Source: Synergistaceae bacterium | Lineage (GTDB): Bacteria; Synergistota; Synergistia; Synergistales; Synergistaceae | NCBI GenBank assembly: GCA_963682045.1 | Contig: OY821326.1 | Location: forward strand, 1,293,211 to 1,357,210 | Length of the DNA: 64,000 nt | Reading direction: 5' to 3' | Part shown: piece by piece, positions 37,527 through 47,247 of the stretch | Position numbering within the stretch: the first letter of the stretch is position 1 | How the letters are laid out: each line of letters starts with the position of its first letter | Program-made: the position numbers and the translations under genes | Notes under the pieces: model-generated | What the model saw: only the letters and a program-made list of their open reading frames with translations | Databases searched by the model: none | What the model was told of the DNA's origin: nothing

Positions 37527-39902
37527 CTATATGTATTTGATAACTGCTTTTTTTCTGTTTATCTCACTCTTCATGTCATTTTGCTGCGAGTAATAATTCA
37601 TGAGGCATCCCGCAAGGATGATCTCCCTGTCTTCCTTGGTAAGGCCCGGCATTTTAAGCGTGATAGCGGTCCTTGAAGCTCCGCGTATCACAACCGCATC
37701 AATTTGATCGTTACCTTCCCTGACCGCATTGCGGATCCCCGGTATGAATATCCAGTCCCCGACGGAAAGTTTTTCCTTGTCTTCAGGGGCAATGATAAAG
37801 GGGATCATTCCCCAGTTGATAAGGTTGCTCCTGTATCTTTTGGTTGCATATTCCTCTGCTATGTTTGACTGGCCTCCGAGTACTTTCTGGGAAGAGGCCG
37901 CCTGTTCACGGGCAGAACCATCTCCAGGCTTGACAGCGAATATCGTGCTGCCTATTCCTGTATCCTTTATGGCGTTGTCTGTTTTGGTCAGTGCAAGCAC
38001 GGATCTGAGATCAAAAGGAATCTCCCCGGATTTTGCCTCAACAGTCTTCCTGCGCACGTTTTCAAGGGATTGCGCAGCCTTTGCCCTGCCTACATATCCG
38101 GGGTCCTTGCGTGAAAGGGCATATTCTGCCAGTTTTAGAGGATTGGAGCGAAGGGATGACGTCTCGCCGGACGGAATAAGTTCATCCGTGGTCGTAACAG
38201 GATCGGTTATGACCGATGCTACGCTGAGCATCAGATTTTCTGCCAGAGGATAGACCCTGGGCCAGGGACGGATGTTGGGACCGTAGATAAGTTCTTTATG
38301 GGTCTGCGGCTTTCCAAAACCACGGTAAACTTTTTTATCATATATATCTTTGCGGAATGTATATTCAACCTCATGCAGGAATTCTCCATATTGCTCCGCG
38401 GATGTGAGGACCCCTCCATTTGCCGCAGTCGCTGCTATCGATCTGGCATCCATCAGCGCAACTGACGCAAGCTGCCCGTCGTTCGGCTTGGATCCTTCCC
38501 GGTTCGGGAAGTTCCTGGTCGTATGTCTGATGCTGAGCCCGTTGTTGGCCGGCGTGTCACATGCCCCGAAACAGGGCCCGCAGAAGGCTGTTCTTACTGT
38601 TGCTCCGACAGACATCAGGTCATAAAGTGTGCCGTTTTCCGCAAGCTCCATTTTTATCGGCTGACTGCCCGGGTATATGCTCAGCGAAAACTCACCGATC
38701 CCTGATCCGCTTGCCTTGAGTATCTGGGCTGCCGCAGATATGTTGTCCGGCGTACCGCCCGCACATCCGGCAATGACGCCGTGATCGACAAGTAAGCGTC
38801 CGCTGCGGATTTTATCCGTAAGAGATAGCGTGAGATTGGGATTCTCTATCTGCATGGATGCCTCTTTTTCTACTTTTTCCAGTATATCCCAGGCGTTTTC
38901 GTTCAGCTCATCTATTGTATAAACGTTGCTGGGGTGGAACGGCAGAGCTATCATTGCCCTGACTTTATCAAGATCGATCACCACGGCACCGTCATACCAT
39001 GCTGTTTCATCTGGATCCAGCTGCCTGTAATCGCCGGGTCTGCCGTGTATCTCATAATATTTTTTCACATGGCCGTCTGTTCTCCATATGGAGGAGAGGC
39101 AGGCTGTTTCGGTTGTCATTACGTCTATGCCGTTACGGAATTCCACAGGCAGGCTGCTTACGCCCGGACCAACAAATTCCAAAACTTTGTTTTTTACAAA
39201 ACCGTCGTTGAAAACAGCTCCTATGAGAGCAAGGGCAACATCCTGCGGACCTACGCCGGGACGCGGTGAACCTTTAAGGTAAACTGCGACAACTTCTGCT
39301 CGAGGAAAGTCATATGTATGGCTCAAAAGCTGTTTTACAAGTTCCGGGCCTCCTTCTCCTATCCCCATGGTTCCAAGCGCACCATACCGTGTATGGCTGT
39401 CAGAACCAAGGATCATTTTGCCGCACCCGGTCATCATCTCACGCACGTATGAATGGATAACAGCCATGTGCGGAGGAACGAAATCCCCACCAAACTTTTT
39501 GGCTGCGGAGAGTCCATAGACATGGTCGTCTTCGTTTATTGTTCCGCCTACGGCACAAAGGCTGTTATGACAGTTTGTCAGCACATAGGGTATCGGAAAT
39601 TTTTTCATGCCGCTGGCTATCGCAGTCTCAATTATTCCCACGTAGGTAATGTCATGTGATGCCAGCGCATCAAAATGTATCTTTAATTTTTCTCCGGTCT
39701 TATCTGCATTGTGCGCCTGCAGGATACGACAGGCAATGGTTCCGTTTGACGCTTTCATCTTGTCGGGCAGGACACTTCCCATTGGATCGAGGCCTGCGTT
39801 TGTCAAGCGGTCGTTTATCTCATCCATGTTGATATTTTCCGACTCTTCTACCAAAAGGCTCCCGCGGAGTAAATATACTCCTTTTCTGACCAACTTCAGC
39901 AC
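37527..39902 (-). CDS. acn: aconitate hydratase
   Basis: Aconitase family (GSDSHT, CGPCFGA, C-terminal swivel domain GDGSAREQAA). The start is uncertain. I prefer the GTG at 39902 behind AAAGGAGAGG; the track ORF starts at 39965 (TTG). Confidence 0.85.
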   Translation of the reverse strand: MLKLVRKGVYLLRGSLLVEESENINMDEINDRLTNAGLDPMGSVLPDKMKASNGTIACRILQAHNADKTGEKLKIHFDALASHDITYVGIIETAIASGMKKFPIPYVLTNCHNSLCAVGGTINEDDHVYGLSAAKKFGGDFVPPHMAVIHSYVREMMTGCGKMILGSDSHTRYGALGTMGIGEGGPELVKQLLSHTYDFPRAEVVAVYLKGSPRPGVGPQDVALALIGAVFNDGFVKNKVLEFVGPGVSSLPVEFRNGIDVMTTETACLSSIWRTDGHVKKYYEIHGRPGDYRQLDPDETAWYDGAVVIDLDKVRAMIALPFHPSNVYTIDELNENAWDILEKVEKEASMQIENPNLTLSLTDKIRSGRLLVDHGVIAGCAGGTPDNISAAAQILKASGSGIGEFSLSIYPGSQPIKMELAENGTLYDLMSVGATVRTAFCGPCFGACDTPANNGLSIRHTTRNFPNREGSKPNDGQLASVALMDARSIAATAANGGVLTSAEQYGEFLHEVEYTFRKDIYDKKVYRGFGKPQTHKELIYGPNIRPWPRVYPLAENLMLSVASVITDPVTTTDELIPSGETSSLRSNPLKLAEYALSRKDPGYVGRAKAAQSLENVRRKTVEAKSGEIPFDLRSVLALTKTDNAIKDTGIGSTIFAVKPGDGSAREQAASSQKVLGGQSNIAEEYATKRYRSNLINWGMIPFIIAPEDKEKLSVGDWIFIPGIRNAVREGNDQIDAVVIRGASRTAITLKMPGLTKEDREIILAGCLMNYYSQQNDMKSEINRKKAVIKYI

Positions 39903-40597
39903 TTCTATCCTCTCCTTTTGATTCTTCAGCTCTGTTCCTGCCGTCTCCAAAATCTGACCGATCAAACTGTTTCCTGGATCCTCTAAACAACTCTCGTACG
40001 GATCAATCTATGATCAATACTTCTATATCACCCCCCAAATAATACCTAATGAAAAACTTATGCGGCCCTTAAATGTCAACATTAAAATCCTGCAATGAAA
40101 ATTTAATGAGAAATAAGACTTATGTTCCTTTGTCCGTGTTTTAAACACTACGAACGGAATCAAGGTTATGAAAATAGGTGTAGGAAAAAGCGCTTTTTTT
40201 ATTATGTTATCTGAAAACACAGAAATTTTTAATTGTTATCAACAAAGATTCCAAAGTTGAAAACCTAGGAATAGCTACAATAGATCAATATACCCGTATA
40301 ATCCATACTTGGGCTTTAGAGAGACTATTCCTGCTAAAATGCAGATGCCCAATGACTTACAAGTTCTTACTTTTAAGGCTGGAGATGGATCATTGGTAAT
40401 ATTTACATACAATGCCACTTTCCGCTTTTTCAGCAGTTACATATATATATACACTTTTCGCTAAAACGTCAATATAATTTTCACAATTTGAGTCATATTT
40501 AGAATAGTACGTTAATTGCAAGCAATTCTATCATAGGATATCTCCGAAGATTTATGTATATGGAATCATCACGCGGAAAAAATATCATTCCACTGAC

Positions 40598-40643
40598 CGT
40601 ACAGCAACGAGACAGGGCCGAAGGAAGTATCCTTCGGCCCTGT
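40598..40643. terminator. 20-bp perfect-stem hairpin downstream of nrdJ
   Basis: caacgagacagggccgaagg aagtat ccttcggccctgtctcgttg, about 40 nt past the nrdJ stop. Confidence 0.55.
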
Positions 40644-40683
40644 CTCGTTGTCATTTCTCTTTTAAGGCTTGAATTTATTCCTG

Positions 40684-42396
40684 TCAGTCCTGTCTTCTTC
40701 TTAGAAGAAGTTTTAGCGGTCTTGCCGCAGGCACAGTAACAGAAACTTTGTCAAAAGACTCTTCTTCCTTCCGGTCCTCGGTTTCAGGTTGGAGTTTTTT
40801 ATCCTCCTCTTTCCTGTAAAGAACCTGCATTGACTTTGAGCCGTCGCGGTATATCGTTATCCCCTTGCATCCGAGTTTCCACGCGAGAACATAAGAATCA
40901 AGAACGTCCTTTATTGAACTCTCGTGGGGAAGGTTGACCGTTTTTGAGACTGCAAGGTCTGTGTATTTCTGAAATACTCCCTGGGTGCGGACATGGAAGA
41001 GCGGCACAACGTCATGAGACGTAACAAAAACAGATTTTATTACATTTTCCGGCAGTTGATCTTTGAGGGCATCGTCATAATGCCTATTCACCTGTTTCAT
41101 AACTACCTTTGTCCCGTCTATCTGGGTGCGTATCCGCGTGTGCTCAAGTGCAAAGAGAGGTTCGATCCCCGAAGAACAGTCTGCAAGAAGGGCTATCGTT
41201 CCAGTGGGAGCGATGCATGTAAGAGTCGCGTTGCGGCGTCCAAGATGCTTAAGCGCTCCGGGTATGCCCTTTTCTTTTCCAAGTTCGACTGATGTTTTGT
41301 GCGCCGTATCTTTGATCAGGGACATTATATTTTCTGCAAGCTCTATGGCCTGTTCGCTGTCATAGGGGATCCTCAGCTGGAAAAGAAGATCAGCCCAGCC
41401 CATCACTCCAAGCCCGATCTTGCGCGTATGCCTGACCGCTTCCGATATTTCCGGAAGCGGGTAGTGGTTTACGTCTATCACGCTGTCAAGAAACCTCGTA
41501 GCAATAGCTGCTGTCTTCTTTAAAAGCTCATAATCGAACTCACCTTTGATCGCCATTTTGGCCAGGTTTATCGATCCCAGGTTGCAGGCCTCGTTAGGGT
41601 AGAGGGGTGATTCGCCGCAGGGGTTGGTGCTGGTAAGAGGGCCAAGATCAGGTGTTGTATTTCCCCTGTTAATGGCATCCAGGAATATTATTCCCGGATC
41701 TCCTGTCCGCCAGGCTGTCTCTGCAATTTCGTCAAGGAGTCCGGCTTCAGCTCCGTCAGGTGCAGCCGCTGCTTTCTCCATAAAACTGTCGAAAACACCC
41801 ACTGAGATATTGAAATTTGCGATCGTCCCGTCTTTATCCTTACAGTGTATGAAGTCGCGTATATCCGGGTGGTCAACGTTCAGGATGCCCATATTGGCCC
41901 CTCTGCGCATTCCGCCCTGCTGGACCGTCTCAGTGGCCTTGTCAAAAAGGCTCATAAAAGAGATCGGACCGGATGCCCGTCCGTTCGTACTGTTCACTTT
42001 TGCCCCGCTGCTGCGTAGGTTCGAGAAATTGAAACCTGTTCCTCCGCCGCTCTTGTGAATCAGCATCTGTTTCCTTATCGCCTCACATATGCTTTCCATA
42101 GAATCTTCGATCCCTATAACAAAACAGGCAGCCAGCTGACCATGGGGGGCGGGGCGCCCGGCATTCATGATAGTGGGACTGTTGGGCAGGAATAGAAGCT
42201 TTGCCATCACATCGTAGTATTCGTCGGCCCATACATACTGGAGCGGGGCGGTTTTTTCGGCAGACGCGACATGCCTGGCTACACGTAAAAGCATCTGCTC
42301 AGGTGTTTCAGATGAATTTCCGAAATAGTCCTTCCACAGGTAACGGTCGTTGAGTATCTCTCTTGCTGGCTTATTGAATTCCGGTTTTTGCAACAT
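40684..42396 (-). CDS. nrdJ: adenosylcobalamin-dependent (class II) ribonucleotide reductase
   Basis: 570 aa with RNR core motifs (NPCGE, SGGGTG, ACNLGSINL). It is monomeric-length and has no adjacent beta subunit or activase. Confidence 0.8.
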   Translation of the reverse strand: MLQKPEFNKPAREILNDRYLWKDYFGNSSETPEQMLLRVARHVASAEKTAPLQYVWADEYYDVMAKLLFLPNSPTIMNAGRPAPHGQLAACFVIGIEDSMESICEAIRKQMLIHKSGGGTGFNFSNLRSSGAKVNSTNGRASGPISFMSLFDKATETVQQGGMRRGANMGILNVDHPDIRDFIHCKDKDGTIANFNISVGVFDSFMEKAAAAPDGAEAGLLDEIAETAWRTGDPGIIFLDAINRGNTTPDLGPLTSTNPCGESPLYPNEACNLGSINLAKMAIKGEFDYELLKKTAAIATRFLDSVIDVNHYPLPEISEAVRHTRKIGLGVMGWADLLFQLRIPYDSEQAIELAENIMSLIKDTAHKTSVELGKEKGIPGALKHLGRRNATLTCIAPTGTIALLADCSSGIEPLFALEHTRIRTQIDGTKVVMKQVNRHYDDALKDQLPENVIKSVFVTSHDVVPLFHVRTQGVFQKYTDLAVSKTVNLPHESSIKDVLDSYVLAWKLGCKGITIYRDGSKSMQVLYRKEEDKKLQPETEDRKEEESFDKVSVTVPAARPLKLLLRRRQD

Positions 42397-42501
42397 AATA
42401 ATATAAAACCTCCCTCTGATTTTAAGGGCAAATAATTCCCGTCAAATTATCTGACAACAATAATTATAATAACATAAAAATTTATATATGTAAGTGGCAA
42501 A

Positions 42502-42548
42502 ACACTATATGCAATAGAACCTTATCCACCAAACACTACATATTGTGT
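42502..42548. promoter_or_regulatory. tandem NrdR boxes upstream of nrdJ
   Basis: ACACTATATGCAATAG (42502-42517) and ACACTACATATTGTGT (42533-42548) resemble the acaCwAtATaTwGtgt consensus. The spacing is 31 bp start to start. Confidence 0.6.
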
Positions 42549-42603
42549 GATTATCTATGTGGATATCAGTGAATGGGAAGGGGACAGAACCGAAATTTGG
42601 TAT

Positions 42604-44055
42604 TTATCTATGCCAGGAATCTTTTGAGAAGAGCACGAGGATCGTGTACAGCTCCAGCCTTCCGCAAAGCATGCAAAATGAATATATCCACTTTGCGGCG
42701 TCATGCTGGGAAGCAAAGTTATTAACTGGGCCTACAGCCCCAAATCCGGGACCAACATTTCCAAGTGTTGTGGCTACGGCGCTGAAAGATGTTATCAGAT
42801 CCTCTCCTGTCGCTGACACAGCAACTGAGGAAGAGACAAAAATGAGGACATATAAAACAATAAAGGTCGCCGTGGAAGCCACCATCCTGCTCTCTATCGT
42901 CTGATTTCCTACCCTTACTGTGATCGCTGCATGGGGATGGATAAATCTTTTTACTTCCGCAGCGATCTGTCGGAAAATGACCTGGATACGGATACATTTG
43001 ATGGATCCTGCAGTTGAACCCGCGCAACCTCCGATGAACATCAGAGATAAAAGCAGTACCTGCGTGAATGGAGGCCAGAGGGAATAATCCGCTGTTACAT
43101 ATCCTGTAGTGGTCATTATGCTAACAACCTGGAAGGCACCGTAGCGTAGAGCGTGCATGACAGTGTGTGAAAAACCTTGTGTATAAAGGTAAAAGGATAT
43201 GGCAAAAGTTGCTGCAAAAGCTGTCTTCACATAAAAAACAAACTCCGGATCTTTGTATGGGTTGAGGCTCTTCTTTTTTATTGCCAGAAGATGTAGGTTA
43301 AAGTTAGCTCCCGACAAAAACATTATTATGGTAAGCGCCCAATCAAAATACGCTGAATCATAGGCCGCTATACTGGCGTTTCTTGGAGAAAACCCTCCTG
43401 TAGATACAGTCGTGAATATATGGCAAATAGACTCATAAAAACTCATGCCTCCTGAGAAAAGCACTGCTATTCCGAGGATAGTCAGACCCATGTATACCTT
43501 CCAAAGCATAGTCGCGACATCCTGTATCCTCGGACTTATCTTTTCCAGCACTGGTCCAGGCACCTCTGCCTTGAAAAGCTGTGTAACGCTCATTCCAAGC
43601 ATGGGGAGCAGGGCAAGGGTCAGAACAACTATACCCATTCCTCCAAGCCATTGGGTCTGTGCCCTCCACATAAGGATACCCCTGGGATTCATCTCAATAT
43701 TGGTGAGTATTGTTGCCCCTGTCGTGGTAAACCCGGACATCGCTTCAAAATAAGCATCTGTGAAGGAGGGGATGTAGCCTCCTGCAATGTAGGGCAGGCA
43801 CCCCTGGAGAGATGCGAATATCCATGCAAGCGCCACAGCGGCAAATGCCTCTCTTGTCCCCATATCCTTTGCCCTGGCCTTGTAGCCAAATAAGAAGAGA
43901 ATCAATGAAAACAGCGAACCAGCTGCGATCGAAACTGCGAAGGCTCTGATGTCGCTGCTACCGTCTTTAACTGCCCATCCGAGCGGCATCAGCATGCATA
44001 ATGAGATCAAAAAAACTATAACGGCAAGAAATCTTGCGACTACTCTTAATTTCAC
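42604..44055 (-). CDS. trkH: TrkH/KtrB-family potassium uptake membrane protein
   Basis: 483 aa, polytopic, with repeated selectivity-filter-like MSGFTTTG, VSTGGFS, TTTGY and GCAGSTAGS. It overlaps the trkA stop. Confidence 0.85.
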   Translation of the reverse strand: MKLRVVARFLAVIVFLISLCMLMPLGWAVKDGSSDIRAFAVSIAAGSLFSLILFLFGYKARAKDMGTREAFAAVALAWIFASLQGCLPYIAGGYIPSFTDAYFEAMSGFTTTGATILTNIEMNPRGILMWRAQTQWLGGMGIVVLTLALLPMLGMSVTQLFKAEVPGPVLEKISPRIQDVATMLWKVYMGLTILGIAVLFSGGMSFYESICHIFTTVSTGGFSPRNASIAAYDSAYFDWALTIIMFLSGANFNLHLLAIKKKSLNPYKDPEFVFYVKTAFAATFAISFYLYTQGFSHTVMHALRYGAFQVVSIMTTTGYVTADYSLWPPFTQVLLLSLMFIGGCAGSTAGSIKCIRIQVIFRQIAAEVKRFIHPHAAITVRVGNQTIESRMVASTATFIVLYVLIFVSSSVAVSATGEDLITSFSAVATTLGNVGPGFGAVGPVNNFASQHDAAKWIYSFCMLCGRLELYTILVLFSKDSWHR

Positions 44056-45452
44056 CTTGCTGATTCTCCAAGAGCTTCCATTACCTGCGGCATTGTGTCC
44101 GCAGAGGCAAACACAACTATTTTATCTCCCTTTTTAAGTTCTGTCTTTCCTGTTGGAATGAGTAGTTCTTGATTTCTCTCTATAAGGCCTATTATCGACC
44201 CGGCAGGCATGTGAAGATCCATAAGAACCATACCCACGGATGGCGATTCCCCTGACAGGGTCAGTTCAAGAGCTTCAGAACTGATTTCTTCAAAGACAGT
44301 TAGTACCCTTGAAGAACCTGGGTAGCGGACATATCGTATTATAACCTGTGCTAGTGTCTGGTTCCTGTTTACTATGGAATCCACGGGTATATGCTCTGTC
44401 ATTCCTAGGTAATTCGATCTTTTGACCACAGCAATGCTCTTTGAGGCCCCCAGAGTTTTACCTAGGACTGCGAGCATAAGGTTGGTTTCGTCCTGATCTG
44501 TTGCGGCGACAAAACCATCCGCCTTGTCAACTCCTTCAGAAAGAAGCAGCTCTGAATCCGCACCATCTCCGCATATCACCAGCACTTCAGGGAGCTCTGC
44601 TGCTATTCGCTCACTCTTTGCTTTGTCCTCCTCGACTATACATATCTCGATCCCTGGCGTTCTGGTTATCAGACGTTTTGCTGTCTGGAAACCTATCTTT
44701 CCGGCTCCAATTATGAAGACTCTTCTCAGTTTTTTTGAAAGAGAGGGCTGAAAAAGCGATTCAAGTTCATGGACCTGGTCCCGATAGCACATCGAATAGC
44801 ATATGTCACCGGGCAACAGAACATCGTTAGCTTTCGGGACAAAACTTTTGCCGTCTCTCTGGATCGAGACAACCAGTGTGATAAGATTTGGATTTTTCTT
44901 CCTTACATCACATAAGGGCATCTCTTTTATTACTGAGTCCTCTGCTATTCTGAAGACGTATATGCCCGCCTTACCACCTGCGATCTCAACGGCATGAAGA
45001 GCTCCTCTTACCTCAAGAAGTTCCTCAAGTTCCCTTGCAACTGACCTTTCCGGAGAGATAAGCATATCTATGCCAAGGTCCTTTGCCCACCCCTCGTTAT
45101 CTGTGAATTCAAGACCTACTGCTCTGGCAATGACATGAGGAACACCCATCTTTTTTGCGATCCAGCATGACATTATGTTGACTTCATCTTTGTTGGTACA
45201 GGCAATGAGGAGTGGTATATCCTCCGCTCCCGCTTTGATTCCGGCTTTCTCAAGGACACTTGGCCTGGCTCCGTTTCCCCTCACTACCATAACGTCGAGG
45301 TCGTTCTCGACCCGGATTGCTCTCTCTTCGTCATCTTCAACCACAATTATCTCGTGCCCATCGGCAGAAAGATCTTTCGCAACGTTATAACCTACTTCTC
45401 CGGCTCCGACAAGAACGATCTTCAAATCTATTCCGCCTTTCAAATAAATCAA
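44052..45452 (-). CDS. trkA: TrkA potassium uptake protein (two RCK_N/RCK_C repeats)
   Basis: Two Rossmann motifs (VLVGAGEVG, IIGAGKIG) and two TrkA-C segments. An alternative TTG start lies at 45425 behind AAAGGCGGA. Confidence 0.85.
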   Translation of the reverse strand: MIYLKGGIDLKIVLVGAGEVGYNVAKDLSADGHEIIVVEDDEERAIRVENDLDVMVVRGNGARPSVLEKAGIKAGAEDIPLLIACTNKDEVNIMSCWIAKKMGVPHVIARAVGLEFTDNEGWAKDLGIDMLISPERSVARELEELLEVRGALHAVEIAGGKAGIYVFRIAEDSVIKEMPLCDVRKKNPNLITLVVSIQRDGKSFVPKANDVLLPGDICYSMCYRDQVHELESLFQPSLSKKLRRVFIIGAGKIGFQTAKRLITRTPGIEICIVEEDKAKSERIAAELPEVLVICGDGADSELLLSEGVDKADGFVAATDQDETNLMLAVLGKTLGASKSIAVVKRSNYLGMTEHIPVDSIVNRNQTLAQVIIRYVRYPGSSRVLTVFEEISSEALELTLSGESPSVGMVLMDLHMPAGSIIGLIERNQELLIPTGKTELKKGDKIVVFASADTMPQVMEALGESAR

Positions 45453-45546
45453 ATCTTTGCTTCAATCAACTTTAGTAAACATCTTATAGCACCATACACG
45501 ATAAAAGCAAGCTGGAAAAGTATGTCTGTATACATTGCCTAAGCGT

Positions 45547-45585
45547 TAAAAAACGGAGGCGGCTTAATGCCGTCTCCGTTTTTTA
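45547..45585. terminator. bidirectional terminator after the NSS/MetS-like pair
   Basis: aacggaggcgg / ccgtctccgtt stem, flanked by an A-run and a T-run. Confidence 0.6.
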
Positions 45586-45615
45586 CTTTAAAAGGCTATT
45601 AAGAATAATTACAGC

Positions 45616-45720
45616 CTAACCCTTTTTTTTCTTCTTTTCAGCTTCCATTGTCCTTTTAAGAGCCCATGCAAAGGAACCGAAACCTACAGCGATACATACT
45701 GCCATATTAAGCTGCCACAT
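45616..45720 (-). CDS. MetS-like NSS-transporter small subunit (34 aa)
   Basis: Not in the ORF track (under 60 aa). A GGAGGAA RBS precedes ATG 45720. The peptide is MWQLNMAVCIAVGFGSFAWALKRTMEAEKKKKKG: one TM helix plus a basic tail, 33 nt downstream of the NSS gene. Confidence 0.6.
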   Translation of the reverse strand: MWQLNMAVCIAVGFGSFAWALKRTMEAEKKKKKG

Positions 45721-45753
45721 ATATATTTCCTCCTTTTTCCATTCCAGCCTAAG

Positions 45754-47247
45754 CTAATCGAGCTTATTGGCATGGACAAGGTTCTTCGCCATGGCTCCGT
45801 TAAGGATGAAGAGGATCACAGCCAAAATCGTCCACTCCACTACCATGGATCCGGGTGTGTATGCATACTTCTGCAGCGGCCAGAATTTGAACCATTCTCC
45901 CGGATACCACGTCATGGACTGATAGACCCACCAGCCCCAGACCAATGCAAATTCGATGGGGAAGAACTTTATTATCGTCCACATCCATTTGACATGCATG
46001 TCTGAGCAGGGGGCGATGTCTTCCTTCCACAGCTTTTCAACACCGAACTTCATAGCGGCTATTGAATAGCAGAGTCCTACCATCAGAAGCGCGACTCCCC
46101 AGACCATGTCCTGGTTTTCGAAGATACCGTTGTCAAGTGCCGACCAGCTTCCGACGATGAGGAAGAATGCCGTTACGAAAGCTGTCGCCTTCGGGCGGCT
46201 GAAGCCCATGTCCATAAGGTTGCGGCATCCAAGCTCGACCATTGCTATTACAGAACTAAGTGCTGCAGAGAATAGCGCAATGAAAAAGAGGACCGCCATA
46301 AGGAATCCGCCTGTTGTATGGGCAAAAAGGTTCGTCAGGTTGACGAATGTCAGACCGTTGGCACCTGATTTCATGACTGCCATAGGATCGGGAGCGAGCG
46401 CGAAAACTGCCGGAAGTACGACCATACCGGCGAGCATCGCTGCTACCATATCTCCGAATGTTGCGGTAAAGGCGTTGAGCATGATGTCCTCATCTTTGGC
46501 CGCATAAACGAAGTAAACGTGGAACATTCCCCACCCTGCTCCGGACGACCAGGCTGCCTGTGTAAATGCTGCCAGCCAGACATTTGGCCTTGCAAAGTCG
46601 ACCATGTCTACGTGGTACATGTATTCAAGGCCTTTCCATGCGCCCGGAAGCATAAGGACACGGACGAGAAGGATCGCCAGAAGGATGAAGACTGACGGGA
46701 TCATTATCTTGTTTGCCTTCTCAATGCCGCCCTGTACACCACGTACGATAATTGCGGCAGCAATAAGGACAGCGGCCACAAACCACATCCAAGCCTCGAC
46801 TGCAGGAGGAGTTGTGGCAAAGTTCTTCCAAACTTCGGAAGTAAGCTCTGTGCCGCCTGCCTGTACCTGTGTAAGGAAGCCGGTGAATATCAGAGCAAGG
46901 TATTTCATGACCCAGCCGAGAACTACGACATAGTAGCAGCCGAGCATAACACAGACCATCGCGCACCAGGCGCCTAGCCAGGTCCAGTTATCTCCCAGAA
47001 GCACCTTAAAGGCTCCGGCGTTGGCCATACGGGTCTTTTTTCCAAAAACGGATTCAGCACAGATAAGAGGTACTGCCCAGATAAATAATGCAAGGAAACA
47101 GATAAGAATGAACGCGCCACCATTGTTGCTTGCTACTTCGCGCGGGAAACGCCATATATTTCCCGTACCGACTGCCATGCCAAGAACTGTTGCAATAAGT
47201 CCCCAGCGGCTTCCAAACTGATCGCCGCCCTGTTTGATTTCAGCCAT
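45754..47247 (-). CDS. sodium-dependent neurotransmitter:sodium symporter (NSS/SNF) family transporter
   Basis: 497 aa with a characteristic N-terminus (WGSRWGLIATVLGMAVGTGNIWRFP). Confidence 0.9.
   Translation of the reverse strand: MAEIKQGGDQFGSRWGLIATVLGMAVGTGNIWRFPREVASNNGGAFILICFLALFIWAVPLICAESVFGKKTRMANAGAFKVLLGDNWTWLGAWCAMVCVMLGCYYVVVLGWVMKYLALIFTGFLTQVQAGGTELTSEVWKNFATTPPAVEAWMWFVAAVLIAAAIIVRGVQGGIEKANKIMIPSVFILLAILLVRVLMLPGAWKGLEYMYHVDMVDFARPNVWLAAFTQAAWSSGAGWGMFHVYFVYAAKDEDIMLNAFTATFGDMVAAMLAGMVVLPAVFALAPDPMAVMKSGANGLTFVNLTNLFAHTTGGFLMAVLFFIALFSAALSSVIAMVELGCRNLMDMGFSRPKATAFVTAFFLIVGSWSALDNGIFENQDMVWGVALLMVGLCYSIAAMKFGVEKLWKEDIAPCSDMHVKWMWTIIKFFPIEFALVWGWWVYQSMTWYPGEWFKFWPLQKYAYTPGSMVVEWTILAVILFILNGAMAKNLVHANKLD

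Noticed and set aside
39903-39965. Aconitase start at the TTG of the longest ORF (39965)
   Set aside because: No RBS precedes it. The GTG at 39902 is preceded by AAAGGAGAGG at proper spacing. The true start remains uncertain.
39966-40597. Roughly 630-bp AT-rich non-coding spacer upstream of the aconitase operon, with small ORFs (40023-40220, 40554-40739). Likewise the 47248-47950 spacer with the ORF at 47697-47894.
   Set aside because: The small ORFs lack RBSs and have implausible composition. I saw no tRNA-like or other structured RNA signature. These are most simply promoter and terminator regions, though RNA-seq could reveal sRNAs.
42397-42603. Cobalamin riboswitch upstream of the B12-dependent nrdJ
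   Set aside because: The leader is AT-rich, short, and lacks a B12-box-like element. NrdR boxes account for the conserved-looking sequence.
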